Assembly: GCA_964202905.1 (NCBI GenBank)
Contig: CAXNJO010000001.1
Location: 64,001 to 128,000, forward strand
Length of the DNA stretch: 64,000 nucleotides
From: Polyangiales bacterium
Lineage (GTDB): Bacteria; Myxococcota_A; Polyangia; Polyangiales; JADJQN01
Direction: 5' to 3'
This document shows positions 9,240-19,437 of the stretch, in pieces; position 1 is the first letter of the stretch; each line of letters opens with the position of its first letter. A program made the translations under genes and the position numbers. Below the pieces are notes generated by a model. That model saw nothing but the letters and a program-made list of their open reading frames with translations, made no database searches and was not told the origin of the DNA.

Positions 9240-12200
9240 TTGGCGAAGAAATCAAAGAGTGTCTGGCCGAGGCGGATCGGCATCGCGCTGGCCGCGATCG
9301 CCGCGCTGCCCCTCTGCGCCCTGATGGTCGCGCGGACCGACTTCGCGCGCGCCCGCGCGCGGCGGCTGCTCGTCGGCGTGCTGCACGACGAGCTCGGCCT
9401 CGACGCGGGGCTCGCGGACCTCGACGTCGAGGTCTTCCCACCCGCCGTCGTCGCGCGCGGCCTCACGCTCGACGACCCGCGCTGGGGCCGCTTCGCGAGC
9501 GCGCAGGCGCTGCGCGTACAGCCCTCGCTGCTCGCGGTGCTGCGCGGCGTGGTCGATCTCGAGTCGATCGAGGTCGCGCGTCCCGCCGTGCACCTCGTCG
9601 TGCGCGACGGCGCCGTGCAGAACCTCCCGCGCCCGCGGACGCCGGCGGGCGGGGGCGGCGAGCTGCCCTTCTCGGACCTCGCGGTCGACGACGCGACGCT
9701 CACGCTCGACGCGGCGCCGCTCGGCTCGGCGCGGCTCCGCGGCGTCGACCTCGACCTCGCCGTGAGCCCGGGCGACGTGCTCGAGCTGCGCGTGCGCTCG
9801 ACGCGCGGCGAGGTGCGGCACGCGACGGGCGAGGAGATCATCGACGAGCTCGACGCCCGCGCGCGCGTCACGCCGGCCTACGTCCAACTGCACGCGGTCA
9901 CGCTGCGCAGCACGGGGCTCTCCATCGGCGCGCGGCGCGTGCGGCTGCCGATGCCGCTCGGCAGCGCGGTGAGCGGCCACGCGGACGTGCGCGCGGATCT
10001 CGCTCACCTGGCGTCGCTGCCGCACGGGCTCACGCTGCCGGCGCTCGCGGGGCACGCGGAGGTGCACGGCGACGTGCGCTGGAGCGCAGCCGCGGGGTTC
10101 GCGGGCGAGGGGCGCGTCGTGCTCGACGACGTCGTGATCAAGCGCTTCGGGACGGGCGACGTGACGCTCGACGTGGACGTCACGGACGAGCGGGTCGCGA
10201 TCCGCAGCGGCACCGTGCGCATCGTGAAGGGCGGCGGGACGGCGACGCTCGCCGGGACGATCGGCCTGCGCGGCGCGCTCCCCGTGGACGTGCGCGTCGG
10301 CCTCGACGACCTCGAGTTCCCCAAGCTGCTCGACCAGCTCGGCGTGACGCCGAACGCGATCATCGCGTGGACGATCGACGCGCAGACGCACCTGCGCGGC
10401 ACGCTGCTGCCGCTCGCGCTCGACGGGCCGATCCGGACTCAGACGCGCGACGTCTTCATCACCAAAGACGCCTACCACGTCACGCCGCGCCGACGCGTGA
10501 TGAGCGTGGCGCGGGGCGACATCGACGGCCGGATCTCCTTCCGCGACGAGGGCCTGCGCTTCACCGACCTCGTCGCCCGCACCGCGCACTCGCGCCTCGC
10601 GGGGAGCGTGCTGCTCGGCTTCGACGACGCGCTCGAGGTGCGCGTGCACGCCGACCGGCTCGACGCGGCCGACATCACGCCGCTGCTCGAGTTCCCCATG
10701 GCGGGCGCGGGTCCCGCGGACCTGCTGATCGTCGGGACCTACGGCGACCAGCGCATCGGCGGGCACCTCGACCTGCGGGGCTTCTCGTTCGACGGCAAGC
10801 CCATGGGCGACCTCGTCTCGGACTGGAACCTCGAGAAGGACGGCCTCGCCGCGCGCTTCCCGATGATCGACGCGACGAAGAACGGCTCGCGCTACCGGGC
10901 CGAAGACCTCGTCCTCGACTTCTCCGACGACCGCCTGCTCGTGACGACGCGCGTCCACATGGACGCGCTCGCGCTCGCGGACTTCTACGAGATGCTCACC
11001 TTCGACGGCGACGAGCGGTTCACGCCGTACCAGGGGCTCGTGCAGGGCACCGCCGACGTCCGCTTCACCCTCGGATTTCCGGGCGATCTCGAGCGCGGCA
11101 CGCTCATCACCGACCTCGAGGCGCGCCTGCCCGCGTCGACCCTCACGGGCTACGCGTTCACGGACGGCGTGCTCTCGGCGCAGCTGCGCTGGAGGGACTG
11201 GGCGCGCGGCGTCGCGGGCGCAGAGCTCGACGTGCACCACGCCGTCCTGCACAAGGGCGACGGAACCATCACAGCGGATGGTCACATGTCGCTCGGCGGG
11301 CTGCTCGATTTCACCGCCATCGCGGATCGCGTCTCGCTGCGCGACCTCGAGGGGATCGGCGATCGTTTTCCGCAGCTCGAGGGCGTGGTCGGCGGCGTCG
11401 CGCGGATCGGCGGGGTCACGACGAGACAGCGCCACCACATCGACGCGCAGTTCACTGGCGTCGCGTGGGGCGGCGCGCCGCTCGGCGACGCGCGGGCCTA
11501 CGTGCGGCTCAGCGATCCGTCCGATCCGTGGGTGCAGGAGGCGGTCGCCTGGGACCGCGACGCGCCGCCCGCGGGCGAGCCGTGCGCGCACGCCCGCATG
11601 GGGCTCGCGCACGCCGACTGGCCGGCGGATCCGCCGCTGCAGACGCGCGACGGGCCGCAACCCGCGCTCGCGCAGCCGATGGCCTTCCTCGTCTGCGCCG
11701 AGGGGCTCGACGGGCGGGCGACGGTCGACGTCGCGTTCGGACGCACGGACACGTTCCCCGTGCGCGGACGGCTGACGGCGTCGGGCCTCGACCTCGCGCC
11801 GTTTCTGCCTGCGCCCTCGCTGCGGGGCGAGGTGAGCGCGCGCGTCGATCTGCGCGGCGGCAGCCTCAAGCAGGACGACTCGCTCGTCGGGCGCGTGGTC
11901 GTCGGCGCCCTGCGGCTCGGGACGGGCGGCGTCGAGCTGCGCAACGACGGGGACGTGGACGTGCGCCTCGACCGCGGCGCGTTCGACTTCGCGCAGGCCC
12001 GCTTCGTCGGCCCGTCGTCACGCCTCGAGGTGCGCGGCGGCGGCACGCTGCGGCGCCTCGCGACGACCATCGACGGCGAGATCGATCTCGGCCTGCTCGG
12101 GAGTCTCTCGCCCGCGATCGTCGAGTCGCGCGGGCGCGTCGGCGTGCAGGTGCGCCTCTCCGGGCCCGCCGGGAACCCCGAGGTCTACGGCGTCGCGACG

Positions 12201-13406
12201 GTCACGGACGGCGCGGTGCGCATGCTCGCGCTGCCCGAGCCCATCGACGACCTCTCGGGCCGCGTGACCTTCAGCCAGCGCATCGTGAACCTCGAGAACT
12301 TCCACGCGCGCGTCGCCGGCGGGCGGCTCGACGCCCACGGCACGGCCACGATCGCCGACCGCGGCCTCGACACGCTCGACGTCGAGCTCACCGCGCGGGA
12401 CCTCGCGCTGCGCCCGATCGACGGCATGGAGCTCGGCTTCGGCGCCGACACGCACGTGCGCTGGGCGCGCGGCGCACGGCTCCCCGAGCTCGGCGGGACG
12501 CTGCGCGTCTCGCGCCTGCTCTACACGCGCCCCGTCCATTTCTTCCAGACGCTCACGGAGATCTCGCGGCGCTCGCGCACGGAGGTCGAGCGCTACGACC
12601 CCGCGAACGACCACGTCGCCTTCGATCTGCGGGTGATCGCCGACGCGCCGATCGCCGTCGCGAACAACCTCCTCGATGCCGAGCTCTCGATCGACGACAC
12701 GGAGCAGCCCTTCCGCTTGGTGGGCACCGACCAGCGCTTCGGGATCGTCGGTCGGCTCGACGTCGACCGCGGCGTCGCGCGCTTCCGCTCCGCGAGCTTC
12801 GACGTGCAGCGCGGCAGCGTGATCCGCTTCTCGGACGAGTCGCGCATCGAGCCCGAGTTCGACGTGCGCGCGGTGACGACCGTCCGGCGGAGCGGCGACT
12901 TCAGCGTCCCGCAGTGGCGCATCACGCTGCGCGCGCACGGCACGGGCGACTCGCTGCGCCTCGAGACGCAGAGCGAGCCCGACCTCTCGCAGGAGGACGT
13001 CGCGCTGCTGCTGACGATCGGCATGACGCGCGCCGAGGCCCAGCAGCTGCAAGCCGGATCGCTCGGACAGACGGCGGCGCTCGAGGCGCTCGCGACGGTG
13101 ACCGGGGTGGACCGCGAGGTGCGCAACGCCGTGCCCGTGATCGACGACTTCCGCTTCTCGAGCAGCTACTCGCTGCGGACGAACCGCTCCGAGCCCCAGA
13201 TCTCGATCGGAAAGCGCATCACCGAGCGCGTGCGCCTCTCGGCGACGACCGGGCTCGGCGAGGCGCGCGAGTTCCGCACGAGCGTCGAGTGGCGCCTCGA
13301 CGATCAGGCGAGCGTGCAGGCGGGCTACGACAACCTGAACAACACGACGAACTCCTCGCTCGGCAACCTCGGCGTCGACGTCCGCTGGAGACTCGAGTTC
13401 GAATGA
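9240..13406 (+). CDS. tamB: Translocation and assembly module TamB (AsmA-like)
   Basis: 1388 aa, N-terminal anchor, long beta-rich body, C-terminal SEPDLSQEDVALLL...IGKRITERVRL...GVDVRWRLEFE. Confidence 0.85.
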   Translation: MAKKSKSVWPRRIGIALAAIAALPLCALMVARTDFARARARRLLVGVLHDELGLDAGLADLDVEVFPPAVVARGLTLDDPRWGRFASAQALRVQPSLLAVLRGVVDLESIEVARPAVHLVVRDGAVQNLPRPRTPAGGGGELPFSDLAVDDATLTLDAAPLGSARLRGVDLDLAVSPGDVLELRVRSTRGEVRHATGEEIIDELDARARVTPAYVQLHAVTLRSTGLSIGARRVRLPMPLGSAVSGHADVRADLAHLASLPHGLTLPALAGHAEVHGDVRWSAAAGFAGEGRVVLDDVVIKRFGTGDVTLDVDVTDERVAIRSGTVRIVKGGGTATLAGTIGLRGALPVDVRVGLDDLEFPKLLDQLGVTPNAIIAWTIDAQTHLRGTLLPLALDGPIRTQTRDVFITKDAYHVTPRRRVMSVARGDIDGRISFRDEGLRFTDLVARTAHSRLAGSVLLGFDDALEVRVHADRLDAADITPLLEFPMAGAGPADLLIVGTYGDQRIGGHLDLRGFSFDGKPMGDLVSDWNLEKDGLAARFPMIDATKNGSRYRAEDLVLDFSDDRLLVTTRVHMDALALADFYEMLTFDGDERFTPYQGLVQGTADVRFTLGFPGDLERGTLITDLEARLPASTLTGYAFTDGVLSAQLRWRDWARGVAGAELDVHHAVLHKGDGTITADGHMSLGGLLDFTAIADRVSLRDLEGIGDRFPQLEGVVGGVARIGGVTTRQRHHIDAQFTGVAWGGAPLGDARAYVRLSDPSDPWVQEAVAWDRDAPPAGEPCAHARMGLAHADWPADPPLQTRDGPQPALAQPMAFLVCAEGLDGRATVDVAFGRTDTFPVRGRLTASGLDLAPFLPAPSLRGEVSARVDLRGGSLKQDDSLVGRVVVGALRLGTGGVELRNDGDVDVRLDRGAFDFAQARFVGPSSRLEVRGGGTLRRLATTIDGEIDLGLLGSLSPAIVESRGRVGVQVRLSGPAGNPEVYGVATVTDGAVRMLALPEPIDDLSGRVTFSQRIVNLENFHARVAGGRLDAHGTATIADRGLDTLDVELTARDLALRPIDGMELGFGADTHVRWARGARLPELGGTLRVSRLLYTRPVHFFQTLTEISRRSRTEVERYDPANDHVAFDLRVIADAPIAVANNLLDAELSIDDTEQPFRLVGTDQRFGIVGRLDVDRGVARFRSASFDVQRGSVIRFSDESRIEPEFDVRAVTTVRRSGDFSVPQWRITLRAHGTGDSLRLETQSEPDLSQEDVALLLTIGMTRAEAQQLQAGSLGQTAALEALATVTGVDREVRNAVPVIDDFRFSSSYSLRTNRSEPQISIGKRITERVRLSATTGLGEAREFRTSVEWRLDDQASVQAGYDNLNNTTNSSLGNLGVDVRWRLEFE

Positions 13407-16400
13407 GCCGCGCGCGCCCCGATCCCCGGCGCGTCGCCCTGCGCGGCGTGCTCGTCGGGGTGCTCCTCGGCGCGCTGGCCGCGGCGCTGCCCTGCGCGCT
13501 GCCGCGGGCCCGCGCCGAGCTGCCCGCCGCGCTGCGCGATCGGCCGCTCGTCGCCGTGGAGATCGTCGGCGACGGCGCGGGGGCGCTCACGGCGGCGGAG
13601 CTCGCGCTGACGCCGGGCACGCCGCTCACGCGTGCGCTGCTGCGCGCGGCGGTGACGCGGCTGCTCGCGTCGCAGCGCTACGCCGACGTGCAGATCGACG
13701 CCGAGCCGGCGACCGGCGGTGCGCGCGTGATCGTGAGCGTCACGCCGCGCCTGCTCGTGCTGCGCGTGCAGAGCACGGGAAACACCGTGCTCGACGACGC
13801 GGAGCTGCGCCGCGCGGCGCGCATCGCCGAAGGCGAAGAGGTGCGCCCCGCGGAGCTCGGCGAGCTCGCGGAGCGCGTGATGCGTGCCTACGCGGAGCGC
13901 GGCTACGCGAGCGCGCGCGTCGCCGTGTCCCTGCGCGACACCGACGATCCGGCGCGCAAGGTCCTCGTGCTCGGCGTCGTGGAGGGCGCGCCAGCGCGGC
14001 TGCGGGCGGTGCGATTCCTCGGCGAAGCGCCGCCCGACGAGGCGCGCGAGCGGGTGCTCGACGCGCTCGGGGTCGCGCGCGGCGACATCGTCGATCAACG
14101 CACGCTCGCCGACGGCGCGCGGGCCGCGGAGCTCGCGCTGCGGGAGCGCGGCTGGCTCGAGGCGAGCCTCGGCGCCCCGCAGATCGAGCGCGACGGACAA
14201 GGCGCGGTGGTCGTCCTCCGCGCGCACTTCGGCCCGCGCTACGAGGTGGTGCTGCGCGGCCACGCGCCGCTGCCGCGCGAGGTGGTCGCCGCCGCGCTCG
14301 CGCTCCGCACCGAGCGGCTCGGCGGCGCAGCGGGCGATCGCGGGCTGCGGGACCGCGTCCTCGATCTGTACCTGCGGCGCGGCTTCCTCGACGCGCGCGT
14401 CGAGATCCGGCGCGAGGCGGCGGTCGCGGAGCGCGCGCGCCTCGTCATCGACGTCCGGCCCGGTCCGCAGCGGCGCGTCGCGGGGCTGCGCTTCCCCGGC
14501 GCGGCCCACTTCGCGGAGACCTTCCTCCGCGATCAGGTCGTCAGCTACCTCGACGAGGACATCCCGGGCTCGACGCTCGTCTACCCCGTCGACTCCGAGA
14601 CGGTCGACGCGCTCGGCGCCGGCGGACGCTCTCAGCGCCACGCACGCGAGGTGCCCGCGCCCCTCGTCGTCGAGCCGGCACGCGTCTTCTACGCGCCGAC
14701 GTACGCGCAGGCGCTGCGGCACATCGAAGAGCTCTACCAGGCCGACGGGTTCCTCGGCGTGCGCGTCGGGCCCGAGCGCGTCGAGCGCCGCGCGGACGGC
14801 GGGCTCGCGGTCGTCGTACCCGTCGAGGAGGGCCCGCAGACCCTGCTCTACGCGGTGAGCGTCAGCGGCAACGCGGTGCTCGGTGCGCGCGCGCTCGTCG
14901 AGGCCGCCGGGCTGCGGCGCGGCGCCCCCTTCGGCTATCTCGGACTCGAGGAGGCCCGCGTGCGGATGCAGGCCCTCTACCAGGAGCGCGGCCACCTCTA
15001 CGCGCGCGTGGAGCCCGAGGTGCGCTTCAGCGGGGACCGCACGCGCGCCGAGGTCACGCTGCGCGTCACCGAGCGCTTCCCCGTGCGCGTCGGGGGCGTC
15101 GTGGTCCGCGGCCTCGCGCTCACCGACGAAGACCTCGTGCGCGCCCGCCTCGCGCTGCGCGAGGGGAACCTCATCCGCCCGAGCCTCGAGCGCCTCAGCG
15201 AAGAGCGCCTGCTGGAGCTCGGCGTCTTCAGCGGCGCGACGGTGAGCGTCGAGGACGAAGACCTGCCCGCGCGGAGCAAGCGCCTCGTCGTCACGCTCAC
15301 CGAGCGCACCGCGCAGTACCTCGACACCTCGCTCGGCATCTCGACCGGCCAGGGCATCCGCACGGCCTTCGAGTACGGCTACCGCAACCTGCTCGGGACT
15401 GCAGTTGCAACGTCATTGCGGGTGCAACTGGGTTACCAGTTCTTCCTGATCGACCCGATCGTGCAGGGCTATTTCGACGACCTCTCCCTCGCCGATCGGC
15501 TCGAGCGGCGCGTCACGCTCGCCGTGTCCGCGCCGTGGGTCGGCGGGCTCCCGGGCGTGCGCGCCTCGCTCGAGGCCTCGCACATCCGGCACAACGAACG
15601 GCAGTTCGGCTATGACAAGAACGGCGGCGTGCTCTCGCTCTCGTGGCGCCAGTCGCGCGCCCTCACGCTCACGGTGAGCGGCGAGATCGAGAACAACAAC
15701 CTCGGGCTCTTCGGCGGCGCGGCCCTCGAGAAGCTCCGCGAGGACGCCGCGTCCGACCCGCGCCTCTCGCGCCTGCTGCGGATCCCGAGCGGCGAGTCGA
15801 CGCTCGCCTCGACGCGCACGACCGCGTCCATCGACCTCCGCGACAGCCCGTTCACGCCGACGCGCGGCTTCTTCTCGACGGTCACGGCCGAGTACGCGCG
15901 CACCCTCGCGACCGAGCAGCTCGCGAGCGGCGAGCAGTTCTTCTCGAACTTCCTGAAGCTCTCGCTCAGCGCGAGCGGCTACGTGCCGCTCGGCGGCGGC
16001 GTCGTGCTCGCGCTGCAGGTGCGCGGCGGTCGCGTGTTCGCAGCCGACCCGCGCTCGGCGACCTACCCGAACCGGCAGTACTTCCTCGGCGGCGTCGACT
16101 CGCTGCGCGGCTATCTCCAGGACGCGCTCATCCCGCAGGAGCTCGCCTCGCTGCTCGAGCGCGACGCGAGCGGGCGCGCCTCGCCGGGCGCCGTCTTCCG
16201 CGGGGGCGACGCCTTCCTGCTCGCCCGCGCGGAGCTGCGCTTCCCGATGGTGGGCGCGCTCGGGGGCGGCGCGTTCGTCGAGGCGGGGAACGTGTGGGCC
16301 GACGCCCGCAACCTCGACCCGCTCGATCTGCGCCCGACGGCCGGGCTCGGCATCCGGCTCGCGACGCCCGTCGGTCCGCTCGCCTTCGACTACGGCTTCG

Positions 16401-16528
16401 TGCTGCTGCGCCGCTCGCTCCCGGCGTCGTCGTGTACGCCGCCGTCGTCGACCGGCGCGCGCGAGTGCGCGGCGGACGTGCCCTTCGAGCCGGTCGGCGC
16501 CTTCCACTTCTCGATCGGTCTGTTTTGA
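13403..16528 (+). CDS. BamA/TamA (Omp85) family outer-membrane protein with multiple POTRA domains (1041 aa)
   Basis: ATGA overlap with tamB; POTRA-type repeats (YAERGY, YQERGH); YFLGGVDSLRGY, GLGIRLATPVGPLAFDYG, terminal FHFSIGLF. Confidence 0.9.
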   Translation: MSRARPDPRRVALRGVLVGVLLGALAAALPCALPRARAELPAALRDRPLVAVEIVGDGAGALTAAELALTPGTPLTRALLRAAVTRLLASQRYADVQIDAEPATGGARVIVSVTPRLLVLRVQSTGNTVLDDAELRRAARIAEGEEVRPAELGELAERVMRAYAERGYASARVAVSLRDTDDPARKVLVLGVVEGAPARLRAVRFLGEAPPDEARERVLDALGVARGDIVDQRTLADGARAAELALRERGWLEASLGAPQIERDGQGAVVVLRAHFGPRYEVVLRGHAPLPREVVAAALALRTERLGGAAGDRGLRDRVLDLYLRRGFLDARVEIRREAAVAERARLVIDVRPGPQRRVAGLRFPGAAHFAETFLRDQVVSYLDEDIPGSTLVYPVDSETVDALGAGGRSQRHAREVPAPLVVEPARVFYAPTYAQALRHIEELYQADGFLGVRVGPERVERRADGGLAVVVPVEEGPQTLLYAVSVSGNAVLGARALVEAAGLRRGAPFGYLGLEEARVRMQALYQERGHLYARVEPEVRFSGDRTRAEVTLRVTERFPVRVGGVVVRGLALTDEDLVRARLALREGNLIRPSLERLSEERLLELGVFSGATVSVEDEDLPARSKRLVVTLTERTAQYLDTSLGISTGQGIRTAFEYGYRNLLGTAVATSLRVQLGYQFFLIDPIVQGYFDDLSLADRLERRVTLAVSAPWVGGLPGVRASLEASHIRHNERQFGYDKNGGVLSLSWRQSRALTLTVSGEIENNNLGLFGGAALEKLREDAASDPRLSRLLRIPSGESTLASTRTTASIDLRDSPFTPTRGFFSTVTAEYARTLATEQLASGEQFFSNFLKLSLSASGYVPLGGGVVLALQVRGGRVFAADPRSATYPNRQYFLGGVDSLRGYLQDALIPQELASLLERDASGRASPGAVFRGGDAFLLARAELRFPMVGALGGGAFVEAGNVWADARNLDPLDLRPTAGLGIRLATPVGPLAFDYGFVLLRRSLPASSCTPPSSTGARECAADVPFEPVGAFHFSIGLF

Positions 16529-16542
16529 TCGCGGCGCGCGCG

Positions 16543-16571
16543 TTGACACCGCAGGTCGGCATCCCCACAGT
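16543..16571 (+). promoter_or_regulatory. Putative sigma70 promoter for the small ORF at 16581
   Basis: Perfect TTGACA (16543-16548), 17-bp spacer, CACAGT as weak -10 (16566-16571). Confidence 0.45.
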
Positions 16572-16580
16572 CGTTCAGCG

Positions 16581-16835
16581 ATGGCGAAACCCACCCGCGC
16601 GTCGGACTCCGGCAGGTCGGACACGGGTTCGTCGGGCGCTGGGACGTCCGGTACCGGCTCATCGGGCGCTGGGTCGTCGGGCGGTCGGCCCGGGCGTACC
16701 GGCCGTCGCCTCGCCGAGCGCGTGCGCGGGTTCCTGCAGGGCGTGCTCGACGCGGGCGACGCGGTCGCGGCCGGCCTCCTCGGTCCGCGCGCGCAGCCCG
16801 CGCTCATGCCGATTCGTCGACGCCCCCGGCGCTGA
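16581..16835 (+). CDS. Small hypothetical protein (84 aa) with Gly/Ser repeats and basic tail
   Basis: ATG right after putative promoter; TGSSGAG repeats, amphipathic LAERVRGFLQGVLD, tail QPALMPIRRRPRR. Confidence 0.6.
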   Translation: MAKPTRASDSGRSDTGSSGAGTSGTGSSGAGSSGGRPGRTGRRLAERVRGFLQGVLDAGDAVAAGLLGPRAQPALMPIRRRPRR

Positions 16836-16874
16836 GCGCGCGCGGCGCGCCGGGGATGCGCGACCGCGCAGGGG

Positions 16875-17408
16875 TCAGCGGCGGACGAGGTCCGCGACGC
16901 CGCGGGCGATCGTGTCGCGCTCGGCGAGCGCGAAGCCCTCACGCTCCCACACGATGCGGCCCTGGCGGTTGATCCACACGCTGAAGGGCGCCGCGCGGCG
17001 CGGGTTCATCTGCGAGGACACGCGCGTGTCGAGGTCGCTGAGGACGGGGAAGCGCACGCCGAGTCGGCGCGCCGCAGGGCCGGCCTGCGTGATCGTCGAG
17101 GTGTCGTCCATGCTGACCGCCACGACCTGCAGGCCCGTGTCGCGGTGCCGCGCGAGGAGCGACTGGTAGAACGGCATCTCCTGCCGGCATGGCGCGCACC
17201 AGGTCGCCCAGAAGAGCACGACGATCGGGTTGCGGCCGAGGTGTTCCTCGATGCGGAAGCGACCGCGCGTCGGGCCACCGACGACCGCCGGCAGCACGAA
17301 GGACGGGGGGCGCGCGCCGACCCGCGCGGCGCTGCGCGCGGGGACGAGCCCGGCGAGGGCGCCGAGGGCGAGGACACAGACGAGGACGGCGAGACACGTG
17401 CGCTTCAT
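16875..17408 (-). CDS. TlpA/ResA-family thioredoxin-like disulfide reductase
   Basis: N-terminal hydrophobic segment; FWATWCAPCRQEMP; VVAVSMD. Confidence 0.92.
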   Translation of the reverse strand: MKRTCLAVLVCVLALGALAGLVPARSAARVGARPPSFVLPAVVGGPTRGRFRIEEHLGRNPIVVLFWATWCAPCRQEMPFYQSLLARHRDTGLQVVAVSMDDTSTITQAGPAARRLGVRFPVLSDLDTRVSSQMNPRRAAPFSVWINRQGRIVWEREGFALAERDTIARGVADLVRR

Positions 17409-17463
17409 GGGTGTTCCTCGGACGTGGGGCGCGCCGGCGTATTCGCGCGGTCGGACGCGGCGT

Positions 17464-19437
17464 TCAGATGCGGAGCACGAGCTGGGCGAGCACGCCCTCG
17501 AAGGCCTGCACGTCGCGGCAGACGCCGCCGGAGCAGAGCCGGCCGCCCGGCGTCGACCCCGCGAAGACGCTCACGAAGTTGTTCGTGGTGAAGTTCCACT
17601 TCACCTCGACCGACGGGTACATCGCGCCGCCGAGGAAGTTGTAGTCGCGCGCCGCGCGCGCATCGAGCACGAAGGCCTTCTCGTCGTTCCAGCGGACACC
17701 CGACGAGACGGCGAGCTTCACGCCCCACGTGTAGGTGAACGCCACGCCGCCCTGCATGTAGTCGGCGTAGTCGATCGCGCGCAGCTCGCGGTCGAAGCGG
17801 TGGTCGACGCGCAGCTCGAAGCTGTGCTTGCCGGTCGCGACCGTGACGTCGATCTCACCGTGCAAGACCTGCCGATCGAGGTCGCCCTCGGCGGGCATGC
17901 CGACCGGATCGTGGAGAAACGTCTCGCGCCGGTAGCCGACGAGGGTCTCGAGGCTCCAGCCCACGCGGCTCCCCTCCTCGCCCTCGGTCTCCGCCCCGCC
18001 CTCCGCGGCGAAGTCGGTGCCCGCGCTGGTGTCGCTGCGTCGACGCAAGCCGAGCCAGCCGTGCGTCACGAAGACGCCATCCCACGGGTCCTTGTTCTCT
18101 TCGTTGAGGCCGTAGACGAGGCCGTTCACCGAGAAGCTCCACGGCCCGGGGAGGAACGCGTAGTCGAGCTTCACGCTGCCGCCTCGGCGGTTGCCGATCG
18201 CGCGCAGGCGCTGCAACCCGTCGAGCTCCATCGTCGGCAGGCTCGAGTAGATGCGCCACGCCTCGAGCGGCGCGGTCGAGGTCGCGACGAGGTAGTTGCG
18301 GTAGTCGACCCACTCGGCGAGCAACGTCACGCGCTCGAGCTGGAGCTGCGCGGAGCCGTAGACCGCGCGGCCGTAGTCGCGGTCGTCGCCCCGGAAATCC
18401 GTCGCGCTGCGGCGGAGCGCGTCGATCTCCGCATAGAGCGCGAGCTGCCCGTCCACGAGCGCGGGCGCCGCCATGTGCCAGCCCGCGACGTCGACGCTGC
18501 GGTCGCGCGAGACGGCGCCGGCGTCGTCGTCGAACCACACGCGCGTCGCATGCACGCCGAGCTCGACGTCGTTGAACTCGCCGAGCCGGAAGCCCGCCTC
18601 CGCGCCGATCACGACGTCCGTGGGCTCCTCGATGAAGGCGAGGTTCGTCGGGTCGAGGTTCTGCGGGTTCGCGACGCCGCCCACCACGCGCGCATAGCCG
18701 CGCTCGCCGTCCCACGTCACGCGACCGCCGCGCAGCGCGTTGTCGACGCCGAGCAGATCGAACTTGCGGAAGGAGAGCGCGATGCCGCGGCCGAGCACGG
18801 CGTAGTCGTCGCCCGCGACGACGCTCCACGCGTCGTGGTTCCAACGCAGCGCGATGCGCTCGAGGCGGTAGTTGTTCGTGAGGTAGCAGAGGTCCGCGTC
18901 CTCCTCGCCGCACGACTGCGAGAGCGAGACGCCGTCCTGGAAGAAGAGCGGCTGAAAGCCGTCGAGCCGCGCCTCGAGGCGCACGGACTCGGCGTTCAGC
19001 GCGAGGTCGAAGCGCTGCTGAAGCGCGAGGAAGTCGTCGTCGTAGTGGCGGTCCGACGCGGGCGCGCCGTTGTAATTCTGCCCGCGGAAACGCACGCTCG
19101 ACGTGCTCGTCATCGCGAACGTCGTCTCGCCGACGAGCGGCAGCGTGAACGAGAGGGCCCCGCCCTCCTCCTCGTCCGCGGGCTCCTCGGGCGGCGGCTC
19201 GTCTGCGACCGGCGCGACACCCTCATCGGCGATGGTCAGCGCCGCGTCCGCTCCGGCGGATTCGTCCGTCGCGGCGGCGGCTGGCTCCGCGGGCGCTTCG
19301 CCCGACGCGGCCGCGTCCCCGGTTGCAGGGCCATCCTGCGCATGCGCGACGGACGGAACGACGGCGGCCGCGAGGAGCAGGAGCCCCATCGCGGCCGCGC
19401 GCCGGAGCGCGAACAGGAGCGCTCCCGAGGACGTCAA
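17464..19437 (-). CDS. DUF6029-like outer-membrane beta-barrel protein
   Basis: Signal peptide AHA|Q; GDDYAVLGRGIALS, DNALRG; C-terminal GGRLCSGGVCRDVQAFEG; TTG start overlapping upstream TGA (alternative ATG at 19389). Confidence 0.72.
   Translation of the reverse strand: MTSSGALLFALRRAAAMGLLLLAAAVVPSVAHAQDGPATGDAAASGEAPAEPAAAATDESAGADAALTIADEGVAPVADEPPPEEPADEEEGGALSFTLPLVGETTFAMTSTSSVRFRGQNYNGAPASDRHYDDDFLALQQRFDLALNAESVRLEARLDGFQPLFFQDGVSLSQSCGEEDADLCYLTNNYRLERIALRWNHDAWSVVAGDDYAVLGRGIALSFRKFDLLGVDNALRGGRVTWDGERGYARVVGGVANPQNLDPTNLAFIEEPTDVVIGAEAGFRLGEFNDVELGVHATRVWFDDDAGAVSRDRSVDVAGWHMAAPALVDGQLALYAEIDALRRSATDFRGDDRDYGRAVYGSAQLQLERVTLLAEWVDYRNYLVATSTAPLEAWRIYSSLPTMELDGLQRLRAIGNRRGGSVKLDYAFLPGPWSFSVNGLVYGLNEENKDPWDGVFVTHGWLGLRRRSDTSAGTDFAAEGGAETEGEEGSRVGWSLETLVGYRRETFLHDPVGMPAEGDLDRQVLHGEIDVTVATGKHSFELRVDHRFDRELRAIDYADYMQGGVAFTYTWGVKLAVSSGVRWNDEKAFVLDARAARDYNFLGGAMYPSVEVKWNFTTNNFVSVFAGSTPGGRLCSGGVCRDVQAFEGVLAQLVLRI

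Noticed and set aside
9092..13402. Apparent 2478-aa protein (5' extension of the Omp85 ORF)
   Set aside because: The extension is out-of-frame Arg-rich text over tamB; the real start is the ATGA overlap at 13403
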